Shown: positions 1 through 7,762, numbered from the stretch's first letter. The stretch: 20,000 nucleotides of DNA from an uncultured virus (IMG/VR IMGVR_UViG_3300008120_009089) (IMGVR_UViG_3300008120_009089), one strand, 5' to 3'. A program made the numbers and translations. Notes: a model not told the origin generated them from the sequence alone.

Positions 1-395
1 TCATCAATATTAACAACAACTTTAATTCTTAAATCACCACCTTTTTTAGTTCTTTGTCTTTGTTGTTGTCTTCCACCAAAAGGATTACCACCAAAGATAT
101 CACCAAACTGTGAAAATATATCATCCATTGAAAATCCGTGACCACCACCAAATGGATTACCTCCTCCAAATGGATTACCACCAGTTGAACCAAATCTATC
201 ATAACTCTGGCGTTTAGAAGGATCGCTAAGAGTTTCATAAGCTTCAGCCGCCTCTTTAAATTTAGCCTCTGCTTCTGGATTATTAGGATTTTTATCTGGA
301 TGAAACTGCATAGCCATCTTACGATAAGCTTTTTTAATTTCATCATCAGTTGCTCCTTTATTAACTCCTAAAATAGTATAATAGTCTTTATTCAT
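1..395 (-). CDS. dnaJ: Molecular chaperone DnaJ (5' part; runs off the window start)
   Basis: Not in the ORF track. Manual translation from ATG at 395: [69 protein letters not shown], a J-domain with HPD, then a G/F-rich region (GGNPFGG x3, DIF motifs) and KGGDLRIKV. Confidence 0.97.
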   Translation of the reverse strand, partial: MNKDYYTILGVNKGATDDEIKKAYRKMAMQFHPDKNPNNPEAEAKFKEAAEAYETLSDPSKRQSYDRFGSTGGNPFGGGNPFGGGHGFSMDDIFSQFGDIFGGNPFGGRQQQRQRTKKGGDLRIKVVVNID

Positions 396-407
396 TTTTT
401 AGATTTT

Positions 408-734
408 TTATTTTAATATATTATTTAGTAATATGTCTCTTTTAATAGATTTAAGAGGTTCATTAAATCTTATTTTTGTATTTGAATTATAATCAAACCA
501 AAATGAATCATTTTCATAAGTAGTCCAATTATAATCTTTTTTTGTATGAAATCTTAAAATTGGTAGTTTATTCATAATATCTCTACATAGTTCAATGATT
601 TTATCTTCATCAAACTCTTCCTCATCTATTTTATTAACCTCATCACAAAAGTAGTCCATTACTTCACCAACAGTCTCATTAACTACTCTTAAATAGTTTT
701 TATCTGTTCTAGTACTTTCGATATACCAATTCAT
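408..734 (-). CDS. Hypothetical protein with C-terminal RDILLNNILK tail
   Basis: 108 aa ORF, overlaps the upstream ORF by 4 nt, co-oriented between grpE and dnaJ; no recognised domain. Confidence 0.75.
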   Translation of the reverse strand: MNWYIESTRTDKNYLRVVNETVGEVMDYFCDEVNKIDEEEFDEDKIIELCRDIMNKLPILRFHTKKDYNWTTYENDSFWFDYNSNTKIRFNEPLKSIKRDILLNNILK

Positions 735-1267
735 TTTAATGTCTTTTTAAGTTTCAAATCTCTTATCTCTAATTTAATTTCATCATATGTTTTATTTCTA
801 CAATTAGAAATCATTTTGTTTATATAGTTTTGACAAACTAAGTTTAAAGTTTCTATACCCATATCTAAATACTTAAACTCTATTAAACAATTTTTAATTT
901 TTGGTAGAAAGTCAACTAAATAGTTGATAAAATCATCAACATCCCAATATAGTTGAAATAATTCTAGCTTTTTATCACCATATTCCGAGAAATTAAATAA
1001 AGTTGGTTTGTTTATAAAAACCATAGACCAAGTTTTTCTAATGGCTGGTATGATAAGTACTTCTAGTTCATCCTCATCATCACCAATTTTACCAGATAAT
1101 AAACTAAAAACCTCAATTCTATTATCTAAAACATATTCTAAATCAGATTTAAGATTTGATTTTAATTCATCATCAACACCAGTAAGCATAGAATCAACAA
1201 GACTTTGTTTATATAAGTCTTGTTGTAATAATTCTATAAAGCTTTTTTTGTTTACTGGTAAGTTCAT
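731..1267 (-). CDS. Hypothetical protein with C-terminal RDLKLKKTLK tail
   Basis: 178 aa ORF, start overlaps grpE stop; no recognised domain. Confidence 0.8.
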   Translation of the reverse strand: MNLPVNKKSFIELLQQDLYKQSLVDSMLTGVDDELKSNLKSDLEYVLDNRIEVFSLLSGKIGDDEDELEVLIIPAIRKTWSMVFINKPTLFNFSEYGDKKLELFQLYWDVDDFINYLVDFLPKIKNCLIEFKYLDMGIETLNLVCQNYINKMISNCRNKTYDEIKLEIRDLKLKKTLK

Positions 1268-1794
1268 TATTCACCTAATATGATTTTAGGATATCTAAAT
1301 GGTTTACCATCTAATGTATATCCCTTACTAACAACATCAACAATTTTCTTTTCACCAATTGGTAAAATTGATATAACTTCGTGTAAATCAGTATCATACT
1401 CTTCAGTTTGAATAGTTTCAATTCCTTGACCTTTTAAAAACTTTTCAATTTTAGAAGCGATTAACTCAACACCTTCTCGAGCTGAATCATCTTTAATATT
1501 TTTGATTGCTAAAGAAATATCAGAGTCCATATCCAAAATAGAAGTAATCATAGAAACTTTTGTATTATTTCTTAATTCTTCTTTTTCTTTGATAACTCTT
1601 TTTTTATAGTTATCAAATTCAGCAGCTAATCTTAAATAATTATTATTTGATTCTTTTAATTGTTCTTCTAAATGAGAAACGTGTAGTCTTGGATTATCTT
1701 CTAATACAATTTCTTCATTCTTACCAGTTAAGTCAAGACCAACTTTTTGATCATCAATTTTCATACTCTCTACTTCAATCTTTTTATCTTCCAT
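1267..1794 (-). CDS. grpE: Nucleotide exchange factor GrpE
   Basis: YLRLAAEFDNYKKR coiled coil, YDTDLHEVI, VVSKGYTLDGKPFRYPKI are GrpE signature segments. Confidence 0.95.
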   Translation of the reverse strand: MEDKKIEVESMKIDDQKVGLDLTGKNEEIVLEDNPRLHVSHLEEQLKESNNNYLRLAAEFDNYKKRVIKEKEELRNNTKVSMITSILDMDSDISLAIKNIKDDSAREGVELIASKIEKFLKGQGIETIQTEEYDTDLHEVISILPIGEKKIVDVVSKGYTLDGKPFRYPKIILGE

Positions 1795-1798
1795 TTTA

Positions 1799-2287
1799 TT
1801 AATAATTAAATTTTAACATTTTCTTTATTGTTGCGGAGTTGTAAAACTCATAAGTAACATTCTTATCAACTACTTTGTGTATTTCTAATTTTTCAACTTC
1901 TAATTTAAAGTTATCAACATATTCAACTAATTCTCTAAGAGATTTAGCATAAGATGCTGATGGTACCCAATAATCCGGAAACTTATCTAAAAATTTATCA
2001 ACAGCTGTATCGAATGTTTTCTTTCTAATAAGTAAATATTCATTCACTTTAGAAGATTTGTTTGTTAAGATTTCAATGATGTAATTATTAAATTTGAAAA
2101 TTAAGTTATCAGTTTCAATAACTTTTAAAAGTCCAATAACAAGAGCATCTTGTTCAGAGATAGAAACTTCAGTATTTTCCCTTAAAATTCTCTCAGCTTC
2201 TTTATCGGAACCACCTAAAATGTAATAAACGTAAGTGTCCCATAAACATCTTTTAACTATATCTTCTGGATATATATTTATAGTCAT
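1799..2287 (-). CDS. Hypothetical protein, first gene of the grpE-dnaJ unit
   Basis: 162 aa ORF preceded by a TAAACT-N17-TATAAT motif; ends 4 nt before grpE start. Confidence 0.8.
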   Translation of the reverse strand: MTINIYPEDIVKRCLWDTYVYYILGGSDKEAERILRENTEVSISEQDALVIGLLKVIETDNLIFKFNNYIIEILTNKSSKVNEYLLIRKKTFDTAVDKFLDKFPDYWVPSASYAKSLRELVEYVDNFKLEVEKLEIHKVVDKNVTYEFYNSATIKKMLKFNY

Positions 2288-2308
2288 AATATTATAATAT
2301 TTTTCTTT

Positions 2309-2337
2309 ATTATAGAAACATACATATATAAAGTTTA
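2309..2337 (-). promoter_or_regulatory. Putative promoter TAAACT-N17-TATAAT
   Basis: Minus strand reads TAAACT TTATATATGTATGTTTC TATAAT, 21 nt before the ATG at 2287; same architecture at 4468 and 13844. Confidence 0.6.
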
Positions 2338-2369
2338 TAATGTAATATATAACACAAAAAAATTAAAGA

Positions 2370-2546
2370 ATGAAGCATAAAATCAAAACACCAAACGGAG
2401 TAGGAACTCTAGAGAAAATATACGCTAGTGAATTGGGGTTTTTAATGGTTAGAGTTTACTTTCCTGATACAAAATCATTTATAACATATAATGTTGATAA
2501 GTTAGAAAATTTTTTAGAAAATACACAATTAAAATTAGAAAAGTAG
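2370..2546 (+). CDS. Small hypothetical protein (58 aa)
   Basis: Below ORF-track cutoff: MKHKIKTPNGVGTLEKIYASELGFLMVRVYFPDTKSFITYNVDKLENFLENTQLKLEK; preceded by TAATATATA at 2343 and an A-rich leader. Confidence 0.7.
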   Translation: MKHKIKTPNGVGTLEKIYASELGFLMVRVYFPDTKSFITYNVDKLENFLENTQLKLEK

Positions 2547-2554
2547 TATATTTG
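2547..2554 (+). promoter_or_regulatory. Bacteroidota-type -7 promoter box TAnnTTTG
   Basis: TATATTTG 18 nt upstream of the ligase remnant ATG at 2573. Confidence 0.55.
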
Positions 2555-2572
2555 TGGAAAATTTAAAAAGTA

Positions 2573-2639
2573 ATGGAACAGACAAAATACAATCGGACAT
2601 ATCATCTACCTTGGTCACCAGGATCAACAAATGATGATA
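2573..2639 (+). pseudogene. Truncated 5' remnant of the RNA ligase gene
   Basis: Translates MEQTKYNRTYHLPWSPGSTNDD; 15/18 aa identical to KYPRTYHLPFSPGTTNDD at the start of ORF 3642..4286; similarity ends at 2639 and the frame then closes within the antisense endonuclease ORF. Confidence 0.88.
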
Positions 2640-3555
2640 ATTTATTTAAAACTAAAGAAGTTAAATCTTTAGTTTTTTTTATTTCACTTTCCCATATGTA
2701 TATCACAAAATAACCTATTTCTTCCGCTTTTATCCTTTTATCTCTATCTTTATCCCATATATCAGATACTTTCTTATAACCACCTGGGAATTTAATACTT
2801 TCATCTATATTATAGATCTCTGGATTACAATGCCAATAATCACCATTTACTTCAATTAAAATGTTAGTATTCACTAACCTAAAATCAAATAATTTACCCT
2901 TTAGTGGGAATTGAGTTGTATATGATATTGATAGATTGTTAAGAACTTCTGATATTTTGGTTTCTAAATTAGATTTGCCATTATAATTAAATATTTTATT
3001 TTTTTGTTCATCATTTAAATTGTTCCAATATTTTTTAATTGATTCTTTTTGTTTACACTTTCTTATTTCATTTTCATCATCAGTTAAATTGTTCCAAGCA
3101 AAATTATTATCTATTATCCATTTTTTAAATTCATTATTTTTGAATATGTTATCAACACCATAATTTTTCATAAATGTGTCTGATTTTTTATTTTTAATAT
3201 CCAATACCTTTGACACATTATCAACTCCATACTTCTCCATACAAGTTTTTTTATACTTAATAGATGATATTAATTTTGAACTTTCTGAAATACTCCTCTT
3301 AGGTATTGAATAATACTCCAAAAGAAATATAAAAGATTTAAAATCGATATTAAAATCATTTTTAATATCAACTAGACTTTTTAAATTCTCAACATAATTT
3401 AATGTAATAACCTCTCTTTTTGAAATATGTGGAAAATTTTTTTGAATAAACATAAATTTTATTTCTCTTTTATCATTTGTAGTTTTTAATTTACAATGAT
3501 ATATGTGTGGGTTATTAAAAACCACAACATCACAAAAGGGACACTTTCTAATCAT
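2602..3555 (-). CDS. Putative free-standing homing endonuclease (C-terminal Vsr/DUF559-like PD-(D/E)xK-fold nuclease; N-terminal CxxC..HxxxC and KYGVDN repeats)
   Basis: FDFRLVNTNILIEVNGDYWHCNP...WDKDRDKRIKAEEIGYFVIYIWESEI fits the Vsr/DUF559/EDxHD-like pattern; tandem (K/N)YGVDN(V/I)xK repeats; CPFC..HIYHC. Confidence 0.8.
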   Translation of the reverse strand: MIRKCPFCDVVVFNNPHIYHCKLKTTNDKREIKFMFIQKNFPHISKREVITLNYVENLKSLVDIKNDFNIDFKSFIFLLEYYSIPKRSISESSKLISSIKYKKTCMEKYGVDNVSKVLDIKNKKSDTFMKNYGVDNIFKNNEFKKWIIDNNFAWNNLTDDENEIRKCKQKESIKKYWNNLNDEQKNKIFNYNGKSNLETKISEVLNNLSISYTTQFPLKGKLFDFRLVNTNILIEVNGDYWHCNPEIYNIDESIKFPGGYKKVSDIWDKDRDKRIKAEEIGYFVIYIWESEIKKTKDLTSLVLNKLSSFVDPGDQGR

Positions 3556-3559
3556 ACAT

Positions 3560-3569
3560 TATATATTAA
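3560..3569 (-). promoter_or_regulatory. TTAATATATA box (putative phage late promoter)
   Basis: Exact 10-mer 4 nt upstream of the endonuclease ATG; identical copies at 6798, 10101, 12234, 13777. Confidence 0.6.
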
Positions 3570-3602
3570 AGTGAAAAAGTTGTTTTTTACCATTTTTTCA
3601 GT

Positions 3603-3610
3603 TATATTTG
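3603..3610 (+). promoter_or_regulatory. Bacteroidota-type -7 promoter box TAnnTTTG
   Basis: TATATTTG 31 nt upstream of the intact ligase ATG; same 8-mer as upstream of the remnant. Confidence 0.55.
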
Positions 3611-3641
3611 TAACATAAACAATATTTTTGAATATCTTATC

Positions 3642-4286
3642 ATGAGTAAATACCCAAGAACATATCATTTACCTTTCTCACCCGGTACTACCAATGATGA
3701 TAGAATATCTGAGAGTGTTAAATCTATTTTGGGTATTGATATTATCATAACCGAAAAGTTAGATGGATCTAACTCATCGATGATAAATGAGGGTGTCTTT
3801 GCTAGATCACATATAGATTTTTCTAAAAATCCATGGGATAATGAAGTTAGACAACTACACGAAATAAAAGTAAAAGGTAATTTAGAAGATGATGTTTTTT
3901 TATTCGGTGAGAATATGGAAGGCATTCATTCAATAGAATATACAAATTTAAAATCATACTTTTATTTATTTGGTGTTAGAGATAATAACATCTGGACACC
4001 TTGGAGTGTGGTTGAAGAATATTCTTACTTATTGGATTTACCACTTGTACCAGTTTTATTTAAAGGTATTGTAAATACCGAAAAAGAATTAAAAGACTTA
4101 GTTATGGGTTTTGTAACAGAACAATCTGAATTAGGTGGATCAAGAGAAGGTATTGTCGTAAGAAATGCTGGTGTGTTTCATAATGATAATTTCTCGGATA
4201 ATGTAATGAAATGGGTTAGAAAAGGTCATGTTCAGACAGATGAACATTGGACCAAGAATTGGAAAAAATCAAATATAAATTATTAA
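3642..4286 (+). CDS. ATP-dependent RNA ligase family protein (single nucleotidyltransferase domain)
   Basis: Motif I TEKLDGSN, motif III LFGEN, IIIa FYLFGV, IV EGIVVR, V KWVR; N-terminal KYPRTYHLPFSPG. Confidence 0.88.
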   Translation: MSKYPRTYHLPFSPGTTNDDRISESVKSILGIDIIITEKLDGSNSSMINEGVFARSHIDFSKNPWDNEVRQLHEIKVKGNLEDDVFLFGENMEGIHSIEYTNLKSYFYLFGVRDNNIWTPWSVVEEYSYLLDLPLVPVLFKGIVNTEKELKDLVMGFVTEQSELGGSREGIVVRNAGVFHNDNFSDNVMKWVRKGHVQTDEHWTKNWKKSNINY

Positions 4287-4287
4287 T

Positions 4288-4470
4288 ATGACAATAGAAG
4301 AAAAAATTAAACTTAACAAAGAAATTAGATCTTATAAAGGTGATAATCAATTTATCATTTCTTTACAGAAAGCTCTGAAAGGTAATTATGTTCAAAAAGT
4401 AGAACATAATGGTAAGAATGTTAAAATTCTTTCTGATAAACAATACGAAGCAGCTAAGATAAATTTCTAA
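4288..4470 (+). CDS. Small hypothetical protein
   Basis: 60 aa ORF starting 1 nt after the ligase stop. Confidence 0.7.
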   Translation: MTIEEKIKLNKEIRSYKGDNQFIISLQKALKGNYVQKVEHNGKNVKILSDKQYEAAKINF

Positions 4471-4496
4471 ACATTATATTCTACTCAGTATATAAT
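4468..4496 (+). promoter_or_regulatory. Putative promoter TAAACA-N17-TATAAT
   Basis: TAAACA TTATATTCTACTCAGTA TATAAT, only 4 nt before the ATG at 4501. Confidence 0.45.
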
Positions 4497-4500
4497 CAAT

Positions 4501-4698
4501 ATGGAAAATTATATTGAAGATATGAAATTATTAGGAACCGTACACTCTCACGGTTCAATAGATGAATATTACCATGTAAGAATTAAAGATGGTAAACAAA
4601 CAACATTTGAATTTAGAGTTGTTAAACATACAAAACAGAGAGTGAGTAGTTATAAAATAGATCAATCAGATCTACCAAAATCAATAGAACTTCAATGA
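4501..4698 (+). CDS. Small hypothetical protein
   Basis: 65 aa ORF, ATGA overlap with the next gene. Confidence 0.7.
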   Translation: MENYIEDMKLLGTVHSHGSIDEYYHVRIKDGKQTTFEFRVVKHTKQRVSSYKIDQSDLPKSIELQ

Positions 4699-5111
4699 GA
4701 GTAGGATTTACATGTTCTTGCTTTGACCTTTTTCATGCTGGTCATATTATGATGTTGAAAGAAGCTAAATCAATTTGCGATTATTTAATTGTTGGATTAC
4801 AAACAGATCCTACAATAGATAGACCAGAAAAGAATAAACCAATACAAAGTGTTGTTGAAAGATTTATTCAATTAGAGGCTTGTAAATATGTAGATGAAGT
4901 TGTTGTTTACGCAACTGAAAAAGACTTACTAGATATTCTTTATTCTTATCCGATTAATGTTAGAATAGTTGGAGAAGAATATAAAGATAAAGACTTCACA
5001 GGTAAAGATCTATCACACATAGAAATGTATTACAACTCTAGAAAACATTCATTCTCAACAACCGAACTAAGAGGTAGAGTTATCGAAAGATATAAAAGTG
5101 ATAAAAAATAA
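4695..5111 (+). CDS. Cytidylyltransferase family protein (glycerol-3-phosphate cytidylyltransferase TagD-like)
   Basis: FDLFHAGH (HxGH), DYLIVGLQTD, KYVDEVV, SFSTTELR. Confidence 0.9.
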   Translation: MRVGFTCSCFDLFHAGHIMMLKEAKSICDYLIVGLQTDPTIDRPEKNKPIQSVVERFIQLEACKYVDEVVVYATEKDLLDILYSYPINVRIVGEEYKDKDFTGKDLSHIEMYYNSRKHSFSTTELRGRVIERYKSDKK

Positions 5112-5145
5112 TATTATTTTATTAATTTTTCCGTATTTTTGTAAA

Positions 5146-5247
5146 ATGAAATTTGAACGTGTTAAAAAAATCATACAAAAAATAGATTGGATTTGGGTAT
5201 TCTTTCCCATTTACTATTATTGGAAAGATATAGATGATTTAACTTAA
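5146..5247 (+). CDS. Possible 33 aa aromatic-rich peptide
   Basis: MKFERVKKIIQKIDWIWVFFPIYYYWKDIDDLT fills the intergenic gap; TATTTTTG box at 5134-5141. Confidence 0.45.
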   Translation: MKFERVKKIIQKIDWIWVFFPIYYYWKDIDDLT

Positions 5248-5264
5248 CTTAAAATTTTAATAAG

Positions 5265-6488
5265 ATGTACAATATACCAACATATAACGAAGCTGTCAAA
5301 CTAACTCAAGGTAAAAGATATGTACCTGAGATAGATCAATATTTAGACGCTGCTTTCTACGAGGCTAAACTTGTAGTTGATGGGTATAATGTATCTATAT
5401 TCAACTATCGTTTAGCAACTTACAATGACTTTAAATACAACGATGCTTTTGAATTAAGAGGTTTAGTTTACGTCTTTAATGAAGATGGTTCTGTGTATAA
5501 ATCATATAGATTGTTACATAAATTTTTCAACTTAAACCAAGTTGAAGAAACTCAATACTCTTTAGTAAAAGATCGAGTTGTTAAATCTGTTTTCAATAAA
5601 GAAGATGGTTCTATTGGTTCTTTCATAAAATTACCAAACGGAAATGTTGTTGCTAAATCTAAAATGTCTTTTGAATCAGACCAAGCTTATGGTATGAACA
5701 AAATATACAACTCTAACGCAGATATAAAAAGATTTGTTGATTGGTCATTAGATAACGATTTAGTTGCTGTATTTGAGTATGTGGCTCCACACAACCGTAT
5801 AGTTTTAAAATATGATAAAGAAGAATTAATCTTATTAAGATTAAGAAGAAACTCTACTGGTGAATACTTAAACCTCCACGATTATTCAGATGTTATAGGT
5901 AATTTAAAAACTGCTGAGTCTTTTGATCTATCATTAGATGAATTGGTTGAATTGGCTAAAACTGTTGAAGGTGTTGAAGGTTGGGTAGTTGACTTAGATG
6001 GTTTATTTGTTAAAATAAAAACTGTTTGGTATTGTGAAAGACATGGTCTTTTAACAGAAGACTTGTATCGTGAAAACATACTAGTTAAATACATATTAGA
6101 TGATAAAATAGATGATGTCTTAGGTCAAATCCCAGAAGATGAAAAAGAAGCACACGCTCGTATAGAAAAAATAATAGCGGCTGTCTCTAAGGCAGTTAAA
6201 ATGAAAGTTGATTCTATATTAGAAGATTGGAAAGTGTTTCAAACTATGGCTGATGGTAAAGATTGGACTGGTGATTTAAAAGATCAACTAATGAGAAAGT
6301 CTTATGCTATGAAGTATAAGAAAACTAAAAATTTTGGAGCTGTGATGTCTATGGCGAAAGGTAACGATGTCTATGATATAGTTACTGAACAAATAGCTAA
6401 GGAAACTTTTAGATTACAAAATGCGAGAGCGTTTTTATTTCAAATAGATCCAACTCTAAACTTTAAAGATGGTGAAATAGAAGATTAA
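5265..6488 (+). CDS. T4 Rnl1-like RNA ligase
   Basis: FELRGLVY, HKFFNLNQ, motif I KEDGS, KSK, FEYVAPHNRIV, EGWV, VKIKTVWY match the T4 RNA ligase 1 family. Confidence 0.9.
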   Translation: MYNIPTYNEAVKLTQGKRYVPEIDQYLDAAFYEAKLVVDGYNVSIFNYRLATYNDFKYNDAFELRGLVYVFNEDGSVYKSYRLLHKFFNLNQVEETQYSLVKDRVVKSVFNKEDGSIGSFIKLPNGNVVAKSKMSFESDQAYGMNKIYNSNADIKRFVDWSLDNDLVAVFEYVAPHNRIVLKYDKEELILLRLRRNSTGEYLNLHDYSDVIGNLKTAESFDLSLDELVELAKTVEGVEGWVVDLDGLFVKIKTVWYCERHGLLTEDLYRENILVKYILDDKIDDVLGQIPEDEKEAHARIEKIIAAVSKAVKMKVDSILEDWKVFQTMADGKDWTGDLKDQLMRKSYAMKYKKTKNFGAVMSMAKGNDVYDIVTEQIAKETFRLQNARAFLFQIDPTLNFKDGEIED

Positions 6489-6510
6489 GGGAGGTGAAAT
6501 ATCCTCTCTT
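6486..6510. terminator. Weak hairpin between convergent genes
   Basis: AAGGGAGG-tgaaatat-CCTCTCTT (one G-U pair) between the Rnl1 stop and the stop of ORF 6509..6793. Confidence 0.4.
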
Positions 6511-6793
6511 AAAAACTTCTAAAATCTTTTACACCACCTATATTCTGTAAAATTGGTGAGCTATTTTTAATTGATGGTTTGGAACTAACTGTAATCACAT
6601 CATCTAAACCTAAACTAGACTTCATCAAGTCTGGATACTTTGTAAAGTAATCCGTTAAGAATTTAATATTCTCTTCCTCTGATTTATCATTATCCCAAAG
6701 ATGTCCAAGATTTTGTTTATTTGTTTCAATATAATCAACAACTTCTTTATTAATAACTGGATTCCAATTAGACCACTCAACTATATACTTCAT
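6509..6793 (-). CDS. Hypothetical protein with MKYIVEW leader
   Basis: 94 aa ORF; TTAATATATA box at 6798-6807. Confidence 0.75.
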   Translation of the reverse strand: MKYIVEWSNWNPVINKEVVDYIETNKQNLGHLWDNDKSEEENIKFLTDYFTKYPDLMKSSLGLDDVITVSSKPSIKNSSPILQNIGGVKDFRSF

Positions 6794-6797
6794 ATTT

Positions 6798-6832
6798 TAT
6801 ATATTAAACTTTCAATATTGAAATTCTATAAA
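6798..6832. promoter_or_regulatory. Overlapping divergent promoters with a central palindrome
   Basis: TTAATATATA on minus (6798-6807); TAAACT-N16-TATAAA on plus (6805-6832); perfect palindrome TTTCAATATTGAAA (6810-6823). Confidence 0.5.
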
Positions 6833-6836
6833 TGAT

Positions 6837-7703
6837 ATGAACACATTATATGGGATGGTTACACTTAAAGTAACCAATGAATATGCGGATAAAGCGGTTG
6901 ATTCATTTTTGAGAAATACTTATTTAGAACCAGGTGACAGATTTATAATGATTGATAATGATGGTGATTTTAAATCAAATTGGAATAATGGTAGAATAAA
7001 AGAAGAAGATATTATAGTAAATAGTAAAATTGAAAATTTTTCTCATAACATGAATATTCTTATGAGAATTGCGGTTGAAGAAGAAAAAAACCTTATCTTC
7101 ATGAGTAATGATGTTATCTTTACTCCAAATTGGTCAAAGTTATTGGGGAATAGTGATTATATACTAACTGTTCCATCTTGTAATCAAACACATACCGATT
7201 TGGGAATACCTGGATTTTTATCACTAAATGACTTTAATGAAAGATATGATATACTAAATCAGATATCAGAACACGTTAATAAACAACCATCTTACTTTCA
7301 AAGAATGCTAATGGCTTTTTATGTTTGTAGAATACCACTAAAGATAATAAAAGAAGTTGGTGAGTATGATGAAATGTTTACCGTTGGTGGTGAAGATGTT
7401 GATTATAGACTAAGATGTTTAATGAAAGGTTTTGGTGTCACTTATACACCATCATTCCTATTACATTTTAATGGAAAATCTTCTTGGAATGGAGTTGAAA
7501 ATACACAACAAATAAAAGAAAGAGAATATAAGTACACAATGCAATTTATATCTAAATGGGGATTAGATTTAAAAGATCTTTGTTTAGTTAATACTGATGT
7601 TATGAGAGTTGTAAATAAATATAACCTATACAACTTTATGAACGAAGGTAACTATAATGGTTTACTATTATATGTCATAAATAAAACAAGTATGTCAAAA
7701 TGA
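6837..7703 (+). CDS. Glycosyltransferase family 2 protein
   Basis: MIDND, NFSHNMN, FMSNDV, EVGEYDEMFTVGGEDVDYRLR, LLHFNGKS: GT-A/GT2 pattern. Confidence 0.85.
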   Translation: MNTLYGMVTLKVTNEYADKAVDSFLRNTYLEPGDRFIMIDNDGDFKSNWNNGRIKEEDIIVNSKIENFSHNMNILMRIAVEEEKNLIFMSNDVIFTPNWSKLLGNSDYILTVPSCNQTHTDLGIPGFLSLNDFNERYDILNQISEHVNKQPSYFQRMLMAFYVCRIPLKIIKEVGEYDEMFTVGGEDVDYRLRCLMKGFGVTYTPSFLLHFNGKSSWNGVENTQQIKEREYKYTMQFISKWGLDLKDLCLVNTDVMRVVNKYNLYNFMNEGNYNGLLLYVINKTSMSK

Positions 7704-7732
7704 CATATAAATTAAAGTGGCACACAATTTGA
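7691..7732 (+). promoter_or_regulatory. Inverted repeat plus sigma54-like -24/-12 motif upstream of dnaK
   Basis: TATGTCA-AAA-TGACATA (7691-7707); TGGCAC-ACAAT-TTGA (7718-7732) versus consensus TGGCAC-N5-TTGC. Confidence 0.45.
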
Positions 7733-7762
7733 CAATGTATAAATAAAAAACAAAAATAAAAT

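Larger units (their letters stand above)
2640..3702. mobile_element. Putative endonuclease cassette inserted in the RNA ligase gene, carrying a replacement promoter and 5' end
   Basis: Bounded by diverged direct repeats 2585-2639 and 3648-3702 (42/55 nt identical, both ending AATGATGATA); exact boundaries inferred. Confidence 0.65.

Noticed and set aside
70..190. Repeated GGTAATCC(A/T)TTTGG units
   Set aside because: These encode the normal GGNPFGG repeats of the DnaJ G/F-rich region; not a CRISPR array or DNA repeat element
29..346. 105 aa minus-strand ORF in the track
   Set aside because: Out-of-frame shadow of dnaJ, whose real frame starts at 395 and runs off the window
1008..1283. 91 aa plus-strand Ser-rich ORF
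   Set aside because: Antisense shadow of ORF 731..1267
2640..3641. Group I/II intron or intein explanation for the split ligase
   Set aside because: The downstream copy has its own promoter, ATG and a duplicated N-terminus, so no splicing is needed; the endonuclease is antisense and fills nearly the whole insert, leaving no room for a ribozyme core
2640..3641. IS element or transposon
   Set aside because: No transposase motif, no terminal inverted repeats seen, and the flanking repeat is a diverged 55 nt coding duplication rather than an exact short target-site duplication
3665..7633. Minus-strand ORFs 3665..3925, 5882..6094, 7442..7633
   Set aside because: Antisense shadows inside well-supported ligase and glycosyltransferase genes
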